This document shows, in pieces, positions 37,374 through 46,616 of a stretch of DNA of 64,000 nucleotides. The stretch spans positions 155-64,154 of IMG/VR virus record IMGVR_UViG_3300012007_000011; one strand, given 5' to 3'. This DNA is from a virus. Lineage: Duplodnaviria; Heunggongvirae; Uroviricota; Caudoviricetes. Numbering within the stretch: position 1 is the first letter of the stretch; each line of letters starts with the position of its first letter. The translations under genes were made by a program, and so were the position numbers. A model generated the notes under the pieces. The model ran no database searches and had not been told where the DNA came from. It was given only the letters and a program-made list of their open reading frames with translations.

Positions 37374-38183
37374 ATGGAAACATTAAAGGAAAAATGTCAA
37401 GAGTTAAGAGCAAAATATGATGTCAGTATGCCAAAGAAAACATACGCAATGGCAATGATTGATGGTAAGAACTTTTCACGTCTTATTAAAAACAAATATG
37501 AAAAACCATTTGATGATAAATTCATTAATATGATGAATGAAGTGGCAATTTATGTTTGCAAGAACGTACAAGGTTGCAAATTCGCATATACACAATCAGA
37601 TGAAATTACATTTGTTCTAACTGATTTTGAAAACGAAGAAACAAGTGCATATTTTGATTATCGTTTATGCAAAATGTTATCAATTATACCGTCACTTGCA
37701 ACGGCAAAGTTTAACCAATTGGTAACATTGAATCTGCTTGATACACCTTGTTCAACAGAAGACATGAAACAAATCATCAAACATATGTCGCTTGCACAAT
37801 TTGACTGCAAAGTGTGGAATACAGATAACTTTAATGATGTGTTTGCATATTTCCTTTGGAGGCAGATAGATTGTGTGAGAAATTCAAAACAACAAGCAGC
37901 ACAAACATATCTTTCGCATAAAGAACTTATGGGAAAACATACAGATGAACAAATTAGACTGTTGTTCGAAAAGAAAGGAATTGATTGGAACGAATATTCT
38001 GATGATAAAAAATACGGACGTTTCATATATAAGGAACAAATCGAAAAGCCATTACCAAATCATGAAGAGAATACATGTCTGAGAAATGTGTGGCTTGCGC
38101 ACGATGCGTTTGAATTATACGAAAGTGGTGGAAAACAAAGACTTTTGGAACTTGGTGTCATTCCGATTAAGATTATTGAATAA
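37374..38183 (+). CDS. Thg1-like protein (tRNA-His guanylyltransferase family 3'-5' nucleotidyltransferase)
   Basis: AMAMIDGKNFSRL matches Thg1 VVRIDGKKFHEFS. YEKPFDDKF matches FAKPNDENA. KFAYTQSDEITFVL matches ILAFGESDEYSFIL. The catalytic D (in IDG) and SDE acidic residues are conserved. Confidence 0.6.
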   Translation: METLKEKCQELRAKYDVSMPKKTYAMAMIDGKNFSRLIKNKYEKPFDDKFINMMNEVAIYVCKNVQGCKFAYTQSDEITFVLTDFENEETSAYFDYRLCKMLSIIPSLATAKFNQLVTLNLLDTPCSTEDMKQIIKHMSLAQFDCKVWNTDNFNDVFAYFLWRQIDCVRNSKQQAAQTYLSHKELMGKHTDEQIRLLFEKKGIDWNEYSDDKKYGRFIYKEQIEKPLPNHEENTCLRNVWLAHDAFELYESGGKQRLLELGVIPIKIIE

Positions 38184-38330
38184 TGCACAACTATTTATAT
38201 GTAGTGAATAATTTCAAAAAGGCAAAAATTATGAAATGGTTATTATTCAAATACACGGAGAATGCATTTTTCTATAATCAATTCGTTACAGAGTGTTTGT
38301 TTTTAATACTTGGTTTATATGGATGAAAAA

Positions 38331-38363
38331 TGGGAGTAATTTATAACTACTCCCATATTTTAT
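38331..38363. terminator. bidirectional terminator
   Basis: TGGGAGTA..loop..TACTCCCA hairpin with an A-run on one side and a T-run on the other, between convergent genes. Confidence 0.55.
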
Positions 38364-38383
38364 ACTTTATGCAGTTGTGTTTT

Positions 38384-40126
38384 TTATCCTTCAGAAGTGC
38401 TTGCATTTTCAAGAGCGGTAACTCTTTGTGTAAGTTCGTCTATTTTATTTAATAATGAATTAATTGATGAAAGATTTGTTTCTACTCTCGTATTCAAGTC
38501 ATTTAATGAAGAAGAAATAACAAGTTCATCGTCTTCCATATCATTTCTTAATGTTTGAATATTTGCTTCTACATTTGCGATTTGAGTATTTTTCAAATCT
38601 TCAATTCTATCATTCAAGTCATTTAATGAAGAAGATACAACAAGTTCCAAATCATCAATACCCTCATCGAAATCAGTCATTCTTTCATTAATGGTAGTGA
38701 ATTGATTTGTGGTGTTGGTACTCAATTCTTCAATTCTTGTGTTGAGGTCATTAAGTGAAGCAGAAACTGTATGTTCGATTTCGTCAAACTGATTGTCAAC
38801 TTCTGATTTGGTATACGTATCTACCTTATCTGCTTTTGTTTCAAGTGTTGAATTAATTGCTTCATCTGCGGCAGTTCTTGCAGCAATTTCTTCATTCACA
38901 ACTGTTTGTGTTGCAAATGTACTATCAGCAGTTGTCTTGTCGTAATAATTTGCAGGATTGAAGATGTCTGTAAGTGCAATTGAGATTGGTTCTTGACCCG
39001 CATCAGTATTGAAAGTAATGACAAGATTACCTTCTGAAATCTCAACATTTGATACCATACCATCCTTAATGAAGTTAGTTGCATCAATTGTCGCAATTAC
39101 ATCAAGCCCATTTCTAAAAATGATTTCTTTGCTATTTGAATCATATCTTACATTATCAAAGAAATTAGAAGTTAAATCATTTACTTCTTGTTTGGTGTAT
39201 GTTTCGTCATTATGTTTTATGATACGAGTGTTAAGGTCATTGAGTGCGGCAGAGATAACAAGTTCGTTATCGTCAATTCTCTGATTTACTTCATCAAATT
39301 TAGCATTTGTTTCTTCTGCTTGTGTTTCACTATTGTTTGACAATTCATCAATTCTGCTGTTCAAGTCATTTAATGAAGAAGATACAACAAGTTCCAAATC
39401 ATCGATACCTTTATTAAATTCTTCTGCCTCATCATCAATTCTTTGGTTTATGGCATCTATTTTAGAATTAATATCTTCAAATGCAGCGTCTGAATCTTCA
39501 TCTAATTCTCTTATTCTTGTATTCAAGTCATTTAATGAAGAAGAAATAACAAGTTCAAGTTTTTCAACATTTTCGTCAAAAGTATCAAACCTGTTATCGA
39601 CACTTTCGCTGAGATTGTCAATTTTATTATTAAGTTCTTCATATCTTGCATTTCCGCCACCGTCAATATCATTAATTCTATCATTTAAATCATTAAGTGC
39701 GGCAGAGATAACAAGTTCGTTATCGTCAATATTCTTAGCGTTTTCCTCACTAATATCATTGAGTTTGTCAATTTTTTCTTCAAGTTTGGAAATACTTTCA
39801 ATTCTATCATTCTTTTCTTGTCCTAAAGCACTGGAAATTATTTCTTGGGCTTGGAAAAATTCATTTTCATTAACAAAACCAACAATTTCATCTTCTGAAT
39901 TTTTAATTGAGAGTGTTTCATGCCCTTTTAGATAGTTGACAGCAATTTCACCTTCGATAAGATTATCTTTGGTTGGAAGTTTTGGAAATTTGACTTTAAT
40001 AGGAGAACTACCTTCCGCATCACTATTATCTACTGTTGGTGTCAAACCATAAAACTCTTCAGGATTAATATTTTCTTTTGGGAGTTTACTTTTAATGTGA
40101 GATACGTGTTCAAAATTTTTTGCCAT
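38384..40126 (-). CDS. tail-fibre-like repeat protein (580 aa)
   Basis: At least 9 degenerate ~40-aa repeats with the core (D/N).ELV(I/V)S(S/A)(S/A)LNDLN.RI..L (coiled-coil/beta-helical fibre-like); low-complexity Asn/Asp/Glu-rich. Confidence 0.5.
   Translation of the reverse strand: MAKNFEHVSHIKSKLPKENINPEEFYGLTPTVDNSDAEGSSPIKVKFPKLPTKDNLIEGEIAVNYLKGHETLSIKNSEDEIVGFVNENEFFQAQEIISSALGQEKNDRIESISKLEEKIDKLNDISEENAKNIDDNELVISAALNDLNDRINDIDGGGNARYEELNNKIDNLSESVDNRFDTFDENVEKLELVISSSLNDLNTRIRELDEDSDAAFEDINSKIDAINQRIDDEAEEFNKGIDDLELVVSSSLNDLNSRIDELSNNSETQAEETNAKFDEVNQRIDDNELVISAALNDLNTRIIKHNDETYTKQEVNDLTSNFFDNVRYDSNSKEIIFRNGLDVIATIDATNFIKDGMVSNVEISEGNLVITFNTDAGQEPISIALTDIFNPANYYDKTTADSTFATQTVVNEEIAARTAADEAINSTLETKADKVDTYTKSEVDNQFDEIEHTVSASLNDLNTRIEELSTNTTNQFTTINERMTDFDEGIDDLELVVSSSLNDLNDRIEDLKNTQIANVEANIQTLRNDMEDDELVISSSLNDLNTRVETNLSSINSLLNKIDELTQRVTALENASTSEG
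38479..39760 (-). repeat. intragenic near-identical DNA repeats (35-50 bp) in the fibre gene
   Basis: tattcaagtcatttaatgaagaag(a/at)a(t/c)aacaagttc recurs at ~38484, 38610, 39360 and 39520; ttaaggtcattgagtgcggcagagataacaagttcgttatcgtcaat recurs at ~39228 and ~39686. Confidence 0.8.
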
Positions 40127-40344
40127 TTTATATAGACGTTTAAAGGTTATTTTATTTTAATTGAGATAATGACACTATACACCCTTAAAACAGATATATA
40201 AAAGAAACTGTTCAAATCATTTTTAAAATGCTTTAGGAATAGAGATTCCACTTATCAAGGGCAAGAATGCCATCACTTCAACATCATTTAATAATAAATA
40301 TCAGATATGTGTGGTAAATTTTATAATTTTTTAACTGAAAATAT

Positions 40345-40375
40345 TTTGTAATTTCTAAAAATTATCTTATATTTG
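40345..40375 (+). promoter_or_regulatory. Bacteroidetes sigma-A type promoter (TTTG-N19-TATATTTG)
   Basis: Motif and spacing match. Confidence 0.55.
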
Positions 40376-40413
40376 CAAATGGAAAAAGAATAGTAACAAT
40401 AAAAGTATAAAAT

Positions 40414-40782
40414 ATGGAAAAGTTTACAAAAGAGTTTTATCTTGAAAACAGACAGAAAAAACGTTATAACAAGCAGGCTTTTTTCTTCGGTCCTGGTGCT
40501 GCCTACAAATTTAGTGACCTGATACAGAAACTCAGTGAACTTGAAAAAGAATTTAAGGACAAAGAAGAAGTTGACCTTTGGGTTGATGCATCTGAGTATG
40601 ATGAACTTGGTGAGTGTTATCTTATGGTATCTTGGATAGATTGGGAAACAGAAGAAGATTTCGAATTGCGAATGTACGAAAAAGAATGGGCAAAGGAGAG
40701 AGCCGTAAATTCTCTAAAACAACTCATTACAAGAAATCCACAGGAGGCGGTTGAAATTATAAAAGAATTAAAACTTATATAA
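40414..40782 (+). CDS. hypothetical protein (122 aa)
   Basis: ORF after the promoter. Confidence 0.5.
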   Translation: MEKFTKEFYLENRQKKRYNKQAFFFGPGAAYKFSDLIQKLSELEKEFKDKEEVDLWVDASEYDELGECYLMVSWIDWETEEDFELRMYEKEWAKERAVNSLKQLITRNPQEAVEIIKELKLI

Positions 40783-40785
40783 AAT

Positions 40786-41259
40786 ATGAGTAGTTATTTA
40801 ACATTTTATCTTGTACCAAAGAAGACAAGAAAAAAGTATGATTTCAATAAAGATGATGGTCATACAGAAATAGAGGTAGAGTTATCAACCGGTACACCAC
40901 TTGTTTTCCTCAGTTATTCAAGAAGCAATGAAATATATCGTGCTTTCAATGAAACTTTAAACCCTGCATATGCAGGTATGGAAGAAAAGTATACAGAACT
41001 TACAAGTAAAGATTGCAAAAACGTAATTTATGATTTGGAATGTGAGATAAAATCAACAGAGAAACGCCTTGAAATAGATTACAAGATGTTAAAAGAGGGT
41101 GGTTTTAGTTCTGAGTTGTGGGAAGATATTCATTCAATGGAAGAATATTTGTCAGAACAGAACCAAACGCTTGATGAAATAAAATATATAAGTAGACTTG
41201 TATACGAATGTACAGAAGGCTACAACGATTTTGAAAAAGTATTGATAAATATTGATTAA
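40786..41259 (+). CDS. hypothetical protein (157 aa)
   Basis: ORF. Confidence 0.45.
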   Translation: MSSYLTFYLVPKKTRKKYDFNKDDGHTEIEVELSTGTPLVFLSYSRSNEIYRAFNETLNPAYAGMEEKYTELTSKDCKNVIYDLECEIKSTEKRLEIDYKMLKEGGFSSELWEDIHSMEEYLSEQNQTLDEIKYISRLVYECTEGYNDFEKVLINID

Positions 41260-41403
41260 TGATGAGTGACAATGAAATTATAGGACTTATTCGTACTTGT
41301 GTTGAATTGGCTACTGATGAGGAAGGTTGCCAGTTATTTACAATGCCCGAGTATGAGGAAATTGAAAATTTCTTGCAAAAAATTGAAAAGTTGAAGATTT
41401 AGT

Positions 41404-41778
41404 ATGGATAGTATTTTAAGTATTCTTCCGGAAAATGTGCATATTCGTATTGGTATTGAGGAAATGCCAACATTTATGAATCCGCATCCATCAACAGAAT
41501 GGCGTGATTATAAGATTCCCAAGAAATGGCTGAAGCATGGTGAACGTGGCTGTTACAATGAATGGACTATCAAAAAACACTATGAAAAGAAATATAAGCA
41601 GACTGTTGGAGAACATACATCGTCATTTGCAATTAGTGCCGTACTTGAGTGGAATCAGATTGAGAACATTTGCCAAGTTTTAAAGCATGCGAAAAAAATC
41701 GGTTTTGATAACATTATGGAACTTGTGCCACAAGTAGACAGTAAAGATGTTAAGTATTTCAATCAAATATTAATGTAA
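41404..41778 (+). CDS. hypothetical protein (124 aa)
   Basis: ORF. Gaps on either side hold 37-49-aa ORFs (41260..41403; 41786..41935 zinc-ribbon CxxC..CxxC; 41938..42049). Confidence 0.45.
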   Translation: MDSILSILPENVHIRIGIEEMPTFMNPHPSTEWRDYKIPKKWLKHGERGCYNEWTIKKHYEKKYKQTVGEHTSSFAISAVLEWNQIENICQVLKHAKKIGFDNIMELVPQVDSKDVKYFNQILM

Positions 41779-42052
41779 AGACAAATGGGATATTTTGTTT
41801 GTCAACATTGTGGAGCACACCTCCACGATAGTAAAGTAGAGGACTTGTATCAATGGGACGATGACAAATCAATGGGATGGTCATTTGTCTGCCCAAAATG
41901 TAAAGAAGAAAACTATAAGGAAATCACTTTTTAGAAATGAAAGAAATAAAAGATAAAATTAAACAATTGTTAATTGAAAACAAATGTTATGTAGGTAACT
42001 CAGAAGTGGCAAAAATGCTAAGAGAACTTGCTGACGAATGGGATGATTAGTT

Positions 42053-42730
42053 ATGGAAAAGGAAATTAAAAAACCGTCAGAAATATTCGGTGTTAAAGTG
42101 TGGTTTACGTCAGATAGCCACATACAACATAGGAATATTTTGAAACATTGTCCCAAACGTGCTGAGATTGGTGGTTTTGATATAGATGATGTTGAAGCAC
42201 ATGACAAATGGCTGATTGATATTTGGAACAAAACAATCGGTAAAAGGGATATTGTATATATTCTTGGTGATTTTTCTTTTGCCTCTCCTGAAATTATAAA
42301 GAAACAAATTCTTCCAAAACTTAATGGCCAGAAATATCTTATATTGGGAAACCATGACAAATCCTCTGAGCATCTTCAAGGCTATTTTACACAGATAACA
42401 CAAATGAAAGAAGTGGTTTTCAAAAAGAAAAACTTTCCGTTTATTGAAGAGGATAGTTTTAGGGTATTTATGTGCCATTATCCGATGGTAACTTGGCCCG
42501 GAAAACATCATGGTGTTGTAAATGCGCACGGGCACTGTCACTCACATTTAGATGACTTTAACGAACAAAGTAGTGACTTACGTGTGGATGTTGGCATAGA
42601 TGGTAAACTTGCTGATTTTAAACCGATTTCACTTGAAAAGTTATATTATCACTTTAAGAATAAAACAGGTGGTAAGACGTTTGAGGAATATGTAACATTA
42701 CAGAAAGAATTAGGTACAACGCAATTTTAA
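42053..42730 (+). CDS. calcineurin-like metallophosphoesterase
   Basis: SDSH, LGDFSF, LGNHD and HGHCH motifs in order. Confidence 0.55.
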   Translation: MEKEIKKPSEIFGVKVWFTSDSHIQHRNILKHCPKRAEIGGFDIDDVEAHDKWLIDIWNKTIGKRDIVYILGDFSFASPEIIKKQILPKLNGQKYLILGNHDKSSEHLQGYFTQITQMKEVVFKKKNFPFIEEDSFRVFMCHYPMVTWPGKHHGVVNAHGHCHSHLDDFNEQSSDLRVDVGIDGKLADFKPISLEKLYYHFKNKTGGKTFEEYVTLQKELGTTQF

Positions 42731-42733
42731 GTT

Positions 42734-43054
42734 ATGGATATTAAAGAAGTACTACAAAACAAAATAGATGACAGAAGTATTTGTGATGATGACCTTCTTA
42801 TTGGAAGACAAATGAGTTTTGGAAAATATAAAGGCAAATATATTCTTTGGCTTTTAAGCAAGCACCCATTTTATATGAAATGGATTATTGAGAATACTTC
42901 ATTTCAATTAAATGACATAGAACAATGGTGGAAAGAAGAGGTAGAAACTGCATTATTACTTGCTCATGTGGATTCTATTATTTACGGACTTGGTAAACAA
43001 GTTGTCAAATGTGGTGATTTACCTGAAAGCAACCCTCATTATATTATAGAGTAG
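42734..43054 (+). CDS. small protein with an FGKYKGKYI motif (DUF3820-like)
   Basis: MSFGKYKGKYILWLL..YMKW; paralogue of 35126..35368. Confidence 0.4.
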   Translation: MDIKEVLQNKIDDRSICDDDLLIGRQMSFGKYKGKYILWLLSKHPFYMKWIIENTSFQLNDIEQWWKEEVETALLLAHVDSIIYGLGKQVVKCGDLPESNPHYIIE

Positions 43055-43057
43055 AAC

Positions 43058-43312
43058 ATGAGTTTAGGCAATTGCATAGTATATAGGGCAACAAAGTTGG
43101 AAACTTTTTTATCAAAGTTTCTCCCATATCATTTGCCCTTTATCAGTAAACGCAAAAGGGTTAGGATAAGAAATTATTTCAGATATGCTTATCAACGTAG
43201 GTTAATGAAAGATATGACTAATGCACTTAAAGAACTTTATGCTGAACCACTTGATTCAATACGTGACAGTTTTGAGTGGAAAATAGAAGATTATGAGTGG
43301 GAAGTTGTTTAA
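43058..43312 (+). CDS. hypothetical protein (84 aa)
   Basis: ORF. Confidence 0.35.
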   Translation: MSLGNCIVYRATKLETFLSKFLPYHLPFISKRKRVRIRNYFRYAYQRRLMKDMTNALKELYAEPLDSIRDSFEWKIEDYEWEVV

Positions 43313-43331
43313 CTTTTTTTAACTAAAAAAA

Positions 43332-43363
43332 TTTGGACTTTTCAAAAATACGTATTATCTTTG
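43332..43363 (+). promoter_or_regulatory. Bacteroidetes sigma-A type promoter (TTTG-N20-TATCTTTG)
   Basis: Motif and spacing match. Confidence 0.6.
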
Positions 43364-43384
43364 CAGTGTAAAAATAAATAATAT

Positions 43385-43879
43385 ATGTATAAGATTAAAG
43401 AAATACTTCAAAAAGTAGATAAAAACTTAAAATTAGATTATGATAATAGACTGTGTGTTAAAGACACATTGTCAGAAAGTTTACATTTGTTATCAAAATC
43501 TGAACACAATGACAAAATTGTTGAAACACTTAACAATATACTTAGTAAATATAAGTATGGCTACTATATTGAATATACAGACATAATTCGTGGTGTTAAT
43601 ATACCATCATATACTGAAAAGTATGATGGCATTAACATCAATATTGAATATTTCAATGGTTCAGAATATTTTGGATATTATATCTTAAACATTGTTGACA
43701 GTAACGATAAAAAAGTAGATTCGGGAGCATGGTTTTTTAAAGAAAAAGACTATCGTGACGATGAATTTGATGAAGAATTTGCAAGAGCAACAAGACAATG
43801 TTTAAATCATATTGACGATATTAAAGAGACATTCAATTATACAATGGAACAATTTAATAAATCAGAATATAAAATATAG
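43385..43879 (+). CDS. hypothetical protein (164 aa)
   Basis: ORF after the promoter. Confidence 0.5.
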   Translation: MYKIKEILQKVDKNLKLDYDNRLCVKDTLSESLHLLSKSEHNDKIVETLNNILSKYKYGYYIEYTDIIRGVNIPSYTEKYDGININIEYFNGSEYFGYYILNIVDSNDKKVDSGAWFFKEKDYRDDEFDEEFARATRQCLNHIDDIKETFNYTMEQFNKSEYKI

Positions 43880-43880
43880 T

Positions 43881-44288
43881 ATGTTTAGCAGTAATCAAGA
43901 ATTTAAGATATCGGGTGATTTTAGTCAGTTGCAATCAGCATTGGAATTTGCGCTTGGCTATGACGAAACAAGTGGAAATCAGATTGTATATCAGACAACA
44001 GAGGATGGAAAGTATTGTATAGGGTGGAAACCTGATGATGGTCCAACTAAAGGTTGGCAAAATTTTCAATTTGACTATGATTCAGAAATTGTGGCAAAGA
44101 TAATTGTCCAGTTTCTTCAAAAACAGAAATATAAAGAGAGTCCTTATGAATATTTTGACGGTTGCACAAATAAAGGATTTCTGATGAAGAATATTCCGGA
44201 AACATTTTCAGATGAAGAGAATATGATTAAAAATCCGTTTTATGGTATTGTAAGTTTTGAAACATTTACTAATTTTTATTCAAAATAA
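43881..44288 (+). CDS. hypothetical protein (~135 aa)
   Basis: Start at the first ATG after the upstream stop. Confidence 0.4.
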   Translation: MFSSNQEFKISGDFSQLQSALEFALGYDETSGNQIVYQTTEDGKYCIGWKPDDGPTKGWQNFQFDYDSEIVAKIIVQFLQKQKYKESPYEYFDGCTNKGFLMKNIPETFSDEENMIKNPFYGIVSFETFTNFYSK

Positions 44289-44297
44289 TTTTTAATT

Positions 44298-44855
44298 ATG
44301 GGTTGTGATATACATTTAAGAATTGAAAAAAGGAAAAGGGTGAATCCTTATCCTAATGACCGACACGAATGGTATAATGTTGGTATTTATGGTGAATTTA
44401 GTAGCCGCATATACGGAATGTTTGCACGAATGGCAAATGTGAGAACATATGGTGATAAATATAAAGTTCAGTTTGAACCACGTGGACTTCCTGATGATAT
44501 GACCGATTGGGCTACTTGTGAAAGTTTCTATCTGCACGTAACAGACGATAAAGGTGCTATAGATTGGGGCAGAAACTACTGCTCCAAGGAGTCGGCTGAA
44601 AGTTGGGTAGAAAAAGGTTATTCAAAATGGGTAGACGAAAACCATACAAGAATAACAGACCCAGACCATCATTCTCATTCATGGCTTACTACACAGGAAT
44701 TAAGACAATGTTTTGATGATTGTTTCAAACAAGAAGATGGTACGTATATGCCAAACTCAGATTATGCCGAATGGCTTGGTTTGGTGTCCTTGTGTGAGGG
44801 GATTGAATCTGACGGAATACATGAATGCAGAGTAGTATTTGCATTTGATAATTAA
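44298..44855 (+). CDS. hypothetical protein (185 aa)
   Basis: ORF. Confidence 0.45.
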   Translation: MGCDIHLRIEKRKRVNPYPNDRHEWYNVGIYGEFSSRIYGMFARMANVRTYGDKYKVQFEPRGLPDDMTDWATCESFYLHVTDDKGAIDWGRNYCSKESAESWVEKGYSKWVDENHTRITDPDHHSHSWLTTQELRQCFDDCFKQEDGTYMPNSDYAEWLGLVSLCEGIESDGIHECRVVFAFDN

Positions 44856-44868
44856 TGTATAAAATGTC

Positions 44869-45075
44869 ATGGGTTTCAAAATTGGTGACATAGTAATGAG
44901 GTTGGATGGTGATAAGAGACCACATAAAATTGTGGATATTACCATCCATTATCCCCTCAATCATAATGAGCATACTTTCTTCCAATACCATTATGAGGAT
45001 GGCGGAAGTGATGTTGCAGAATGGGGAGACATATTGAGATTATATGATGGTAAATTTAAAAGAAGAAAAACATGA
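44869..45075 (+). CDS. hypothetical protein (68 aa)
   Basis: ORF. Confidence 0.35.
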   Translation: MGFKIGDIVMRLDGDKRPHKIVDITIHYPLNHNEHTFFQYHYEDGGSDVAEWGDILRLYDGKFKRRKT

Positions 45076-45380
45076 AAGCAAGGGTAATTGAAACAGGAGA
45101 AATGGTTAATGTAACTCCATATCCTACATGGTATCAAGAGAACGGTCAAGGACCGGATAGAAGAGAATGGGATGAAGACGAACTTGAGTTTATTTATTCT
45201 GATAAAAAACAAGAAAACTTTGATTTAGAAAAGGCATTATCAGATTTGGACAGAGAGATAAAGGACTTTGTAACTACTGACGAGTTTGAAAGGGATTCTG
45301 CAATTGCCGGTCATTATTGGGCTATTGCCAAACACGCTTTTTTATTGGGATTGAAAGTAAAGAAAGGAGAAGAGGTATGA
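45072..45380 (+). CDS. hypothetical protein (102 aa)
   Basis: ORF with ATGA coupling. Confidence 0.4.
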   Translation: MKARVIETGEMVNVTPYPTWYQENGQGPDRREWDEDELEFIYSDKKQENFDLEKALSDLDREIKDFVTTDEFERDSAIAGHYWAIAKHAFLLGLKVKKGEEV

Positions 45381-45559
45381 CATATACAATAGAAGAAATA
45401 TATAGAGTTGTTTGTACTGACCAATATCAATCAACTACACCTGAGACTTGTTGGACAACAAATAAACAATCTTGTGAAGAATATATTGCAAATAGTTACT
45501 ATAAACATTGTTTAAGCATTGAAACAAGTAGAATGTCAGATATAGCAGTAAAGTTATGA
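45377..45559 (+). CDS. hypothetical protein (60 aa)
   Basis: ATGA-coupled short ORF. Confidence 0.3.
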   Translation: MTYTIEEIYRVVCTDQYQSTTPETCWTTNKQSCEEYIANSYYKHCLSIETSRMSDIAVKL

Positions 45560-45792
45560 AAATACCAAAGAAAGTTTATATAGATGATTTTGGCTCAGGA
45601 TTCAGTCACGGTTGGCATACTGAGCATTCTTACGAAAAAGATATTGAGTATGTTCGCAAGGATGTTTTTATTGAGAATGCTTGTGATGCTTATTGCAAAG
45701 TTTGCGGGCATTATCCTCACACCGTTCCGTCTCATATATGCAGGCAAGACTGTGATTATTTCAAAGATTTCAAAAATCACATGAAAGAATAA
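45556..45792 (+). CDS. Cys/His-rich small protein (78 aa)
   Basis: CDAYCKVCGHYPH...HICRQDCDYF. Confidence 0.35.
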   Translation: MKIPKKVYIDDFGSGFSHGWHTEHSYEKDIEYVRKDVFIENACDAYCKVCGHYPHTVPSHICRQDCDYFKDFKNHMKE

Positions 45793-45963
45793 GTTATGAT
45801 GTGCAGAATGTTTGATGATACAAAGAAAAGGTGTCGAGAAGCCAATTGTGAAAAATGCAAAATGTTTTCACCTATACGAGAAGATGAATACGAACCTTTA
45901 TTTGATATTGAATATGGGCTTGGCATTAACCATTAATTAAAGCACAGAAAGGAGAATAAGGTT

Positions 45964-46335
45964 ATGAACATATTTAGAAAATTATTCAAGAAGAGGAAAA
46001 CGGAAAAAATTATGGAGTGTGAGACTAATAAGAAGAAAAAATTTATGGAATGTGAGACTCTTGAAGAGTTTATCAAAGACTATAAGATGTTTCACAAACA
46101 AGAGTTAGCACTGAAAGACGGACGTAGTTACTTTAACGTTGAAACGTCAAATGTTGACGGACATTTTTGGGGAGAATATTTTGATAATGGAATAAGGATT
46201 AAAGCACTTAATGACAATAATCCGCAATTCTTGGCACAAATTAATGAGGAAGAGTTACAAGCCGAAATACTCAAAGAGTATAAAGAGGACTTAGAAAAAT
46301 CAGAGTCAGTGGAAAATAACCCAAATGAAGAATAA
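45964..46335 (+). CDS. hypothetical protein (123 aa)
   Basis: ORF. Confidence 0.4.
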   Translation: MNIFRKLFKKRKTEKIMECETNKKKKFMECETLEEFIKDYKMFHKQELALKDGRSYFNVETSNVDGHFWGEYFDNGIRIKALNDNNPQFLAQINEEELQAEILKEYKEDLEKSESVENNPNEE

Positions 46336-46369
46336 TTATGGTATTTTTTACAAACTTTAACGTAAAATA

Positions 46370-46401
46370 TTTGGTTGTTTGAAAAATAAACACTATATTT
46401 G
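46370..46401 (+). promoter_or_regulatory. Bacteroidetes sigma-A type promoter (TTTG-N20-TATATTTG) driving the non-coding RNA
   Basis: Canonical module; the predicted start is ~46407..46412, exactly where the tRNA-like acceptor strand begins; no ORF follows. Confidence 0.6.
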
Positions 46402-46411
46402 CAAATGAAAA

Positions 46412-46616
46412 CGGTGGGATAGCTCAATTTGGAGCAGAGCGCAGTCGAGGCGGTGTCCATGACGATGGGATAACACTGCTGAACATGACTGAGGGCTTTA
46501 GAAAGTCACTAAACTGTTATGTACTATAATGACACTTGGATGTAGTCTAGAATGCATTGGGAAGTAGTTACGGGAGAAACGGTGAAGTATTGGGGGTTCG
46601 AATCCTTCCCCACTGA
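46412..46616 (+). ncRNA. tRNA-like structured RNA (~205 nt): acceptor stem, D-arm and T-arm enclosing a ~130-nt insert
   Basis: 5' CGGUGGG (46412..46418) pairs with 3' CCCACUG (46609..46615): 7 bp including one G-U, then discriminator A. D-arm AGCUC-AAUUUGGAGCA-GAGC resembles the tRNA consensus uAGCUCAgUUGGuAGAGC. T-arm GGGGG-UUCGAAU-CCUUC has a canonical T-loop. No anticodon arm can be folded; the surrounding region is ~45-50% GC against ~30% background. Confidence 0.5.

Noticed and set aside
39009-39935. + strand ORFs (91 and 200 aa, Ser/Leu-rich) antisense to the tail-fibre gene.
   Set aside because: Low-complexity mirror of the repeat gene; no promoter.
46412-46616. tmRNA, or a group I/II intron-containing tRNA, as the explanation for the tRNA-like RNA.
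   Set aside because: The best tag-like frame ends ...LESH then a stop (not ALAA-like) and the RNA is too short for four pseudoknots. The 130-nt insert is too small for self-splicing introns and no anticodon stem flanks it. It is kept as an unclassified tRNA-like RNA.
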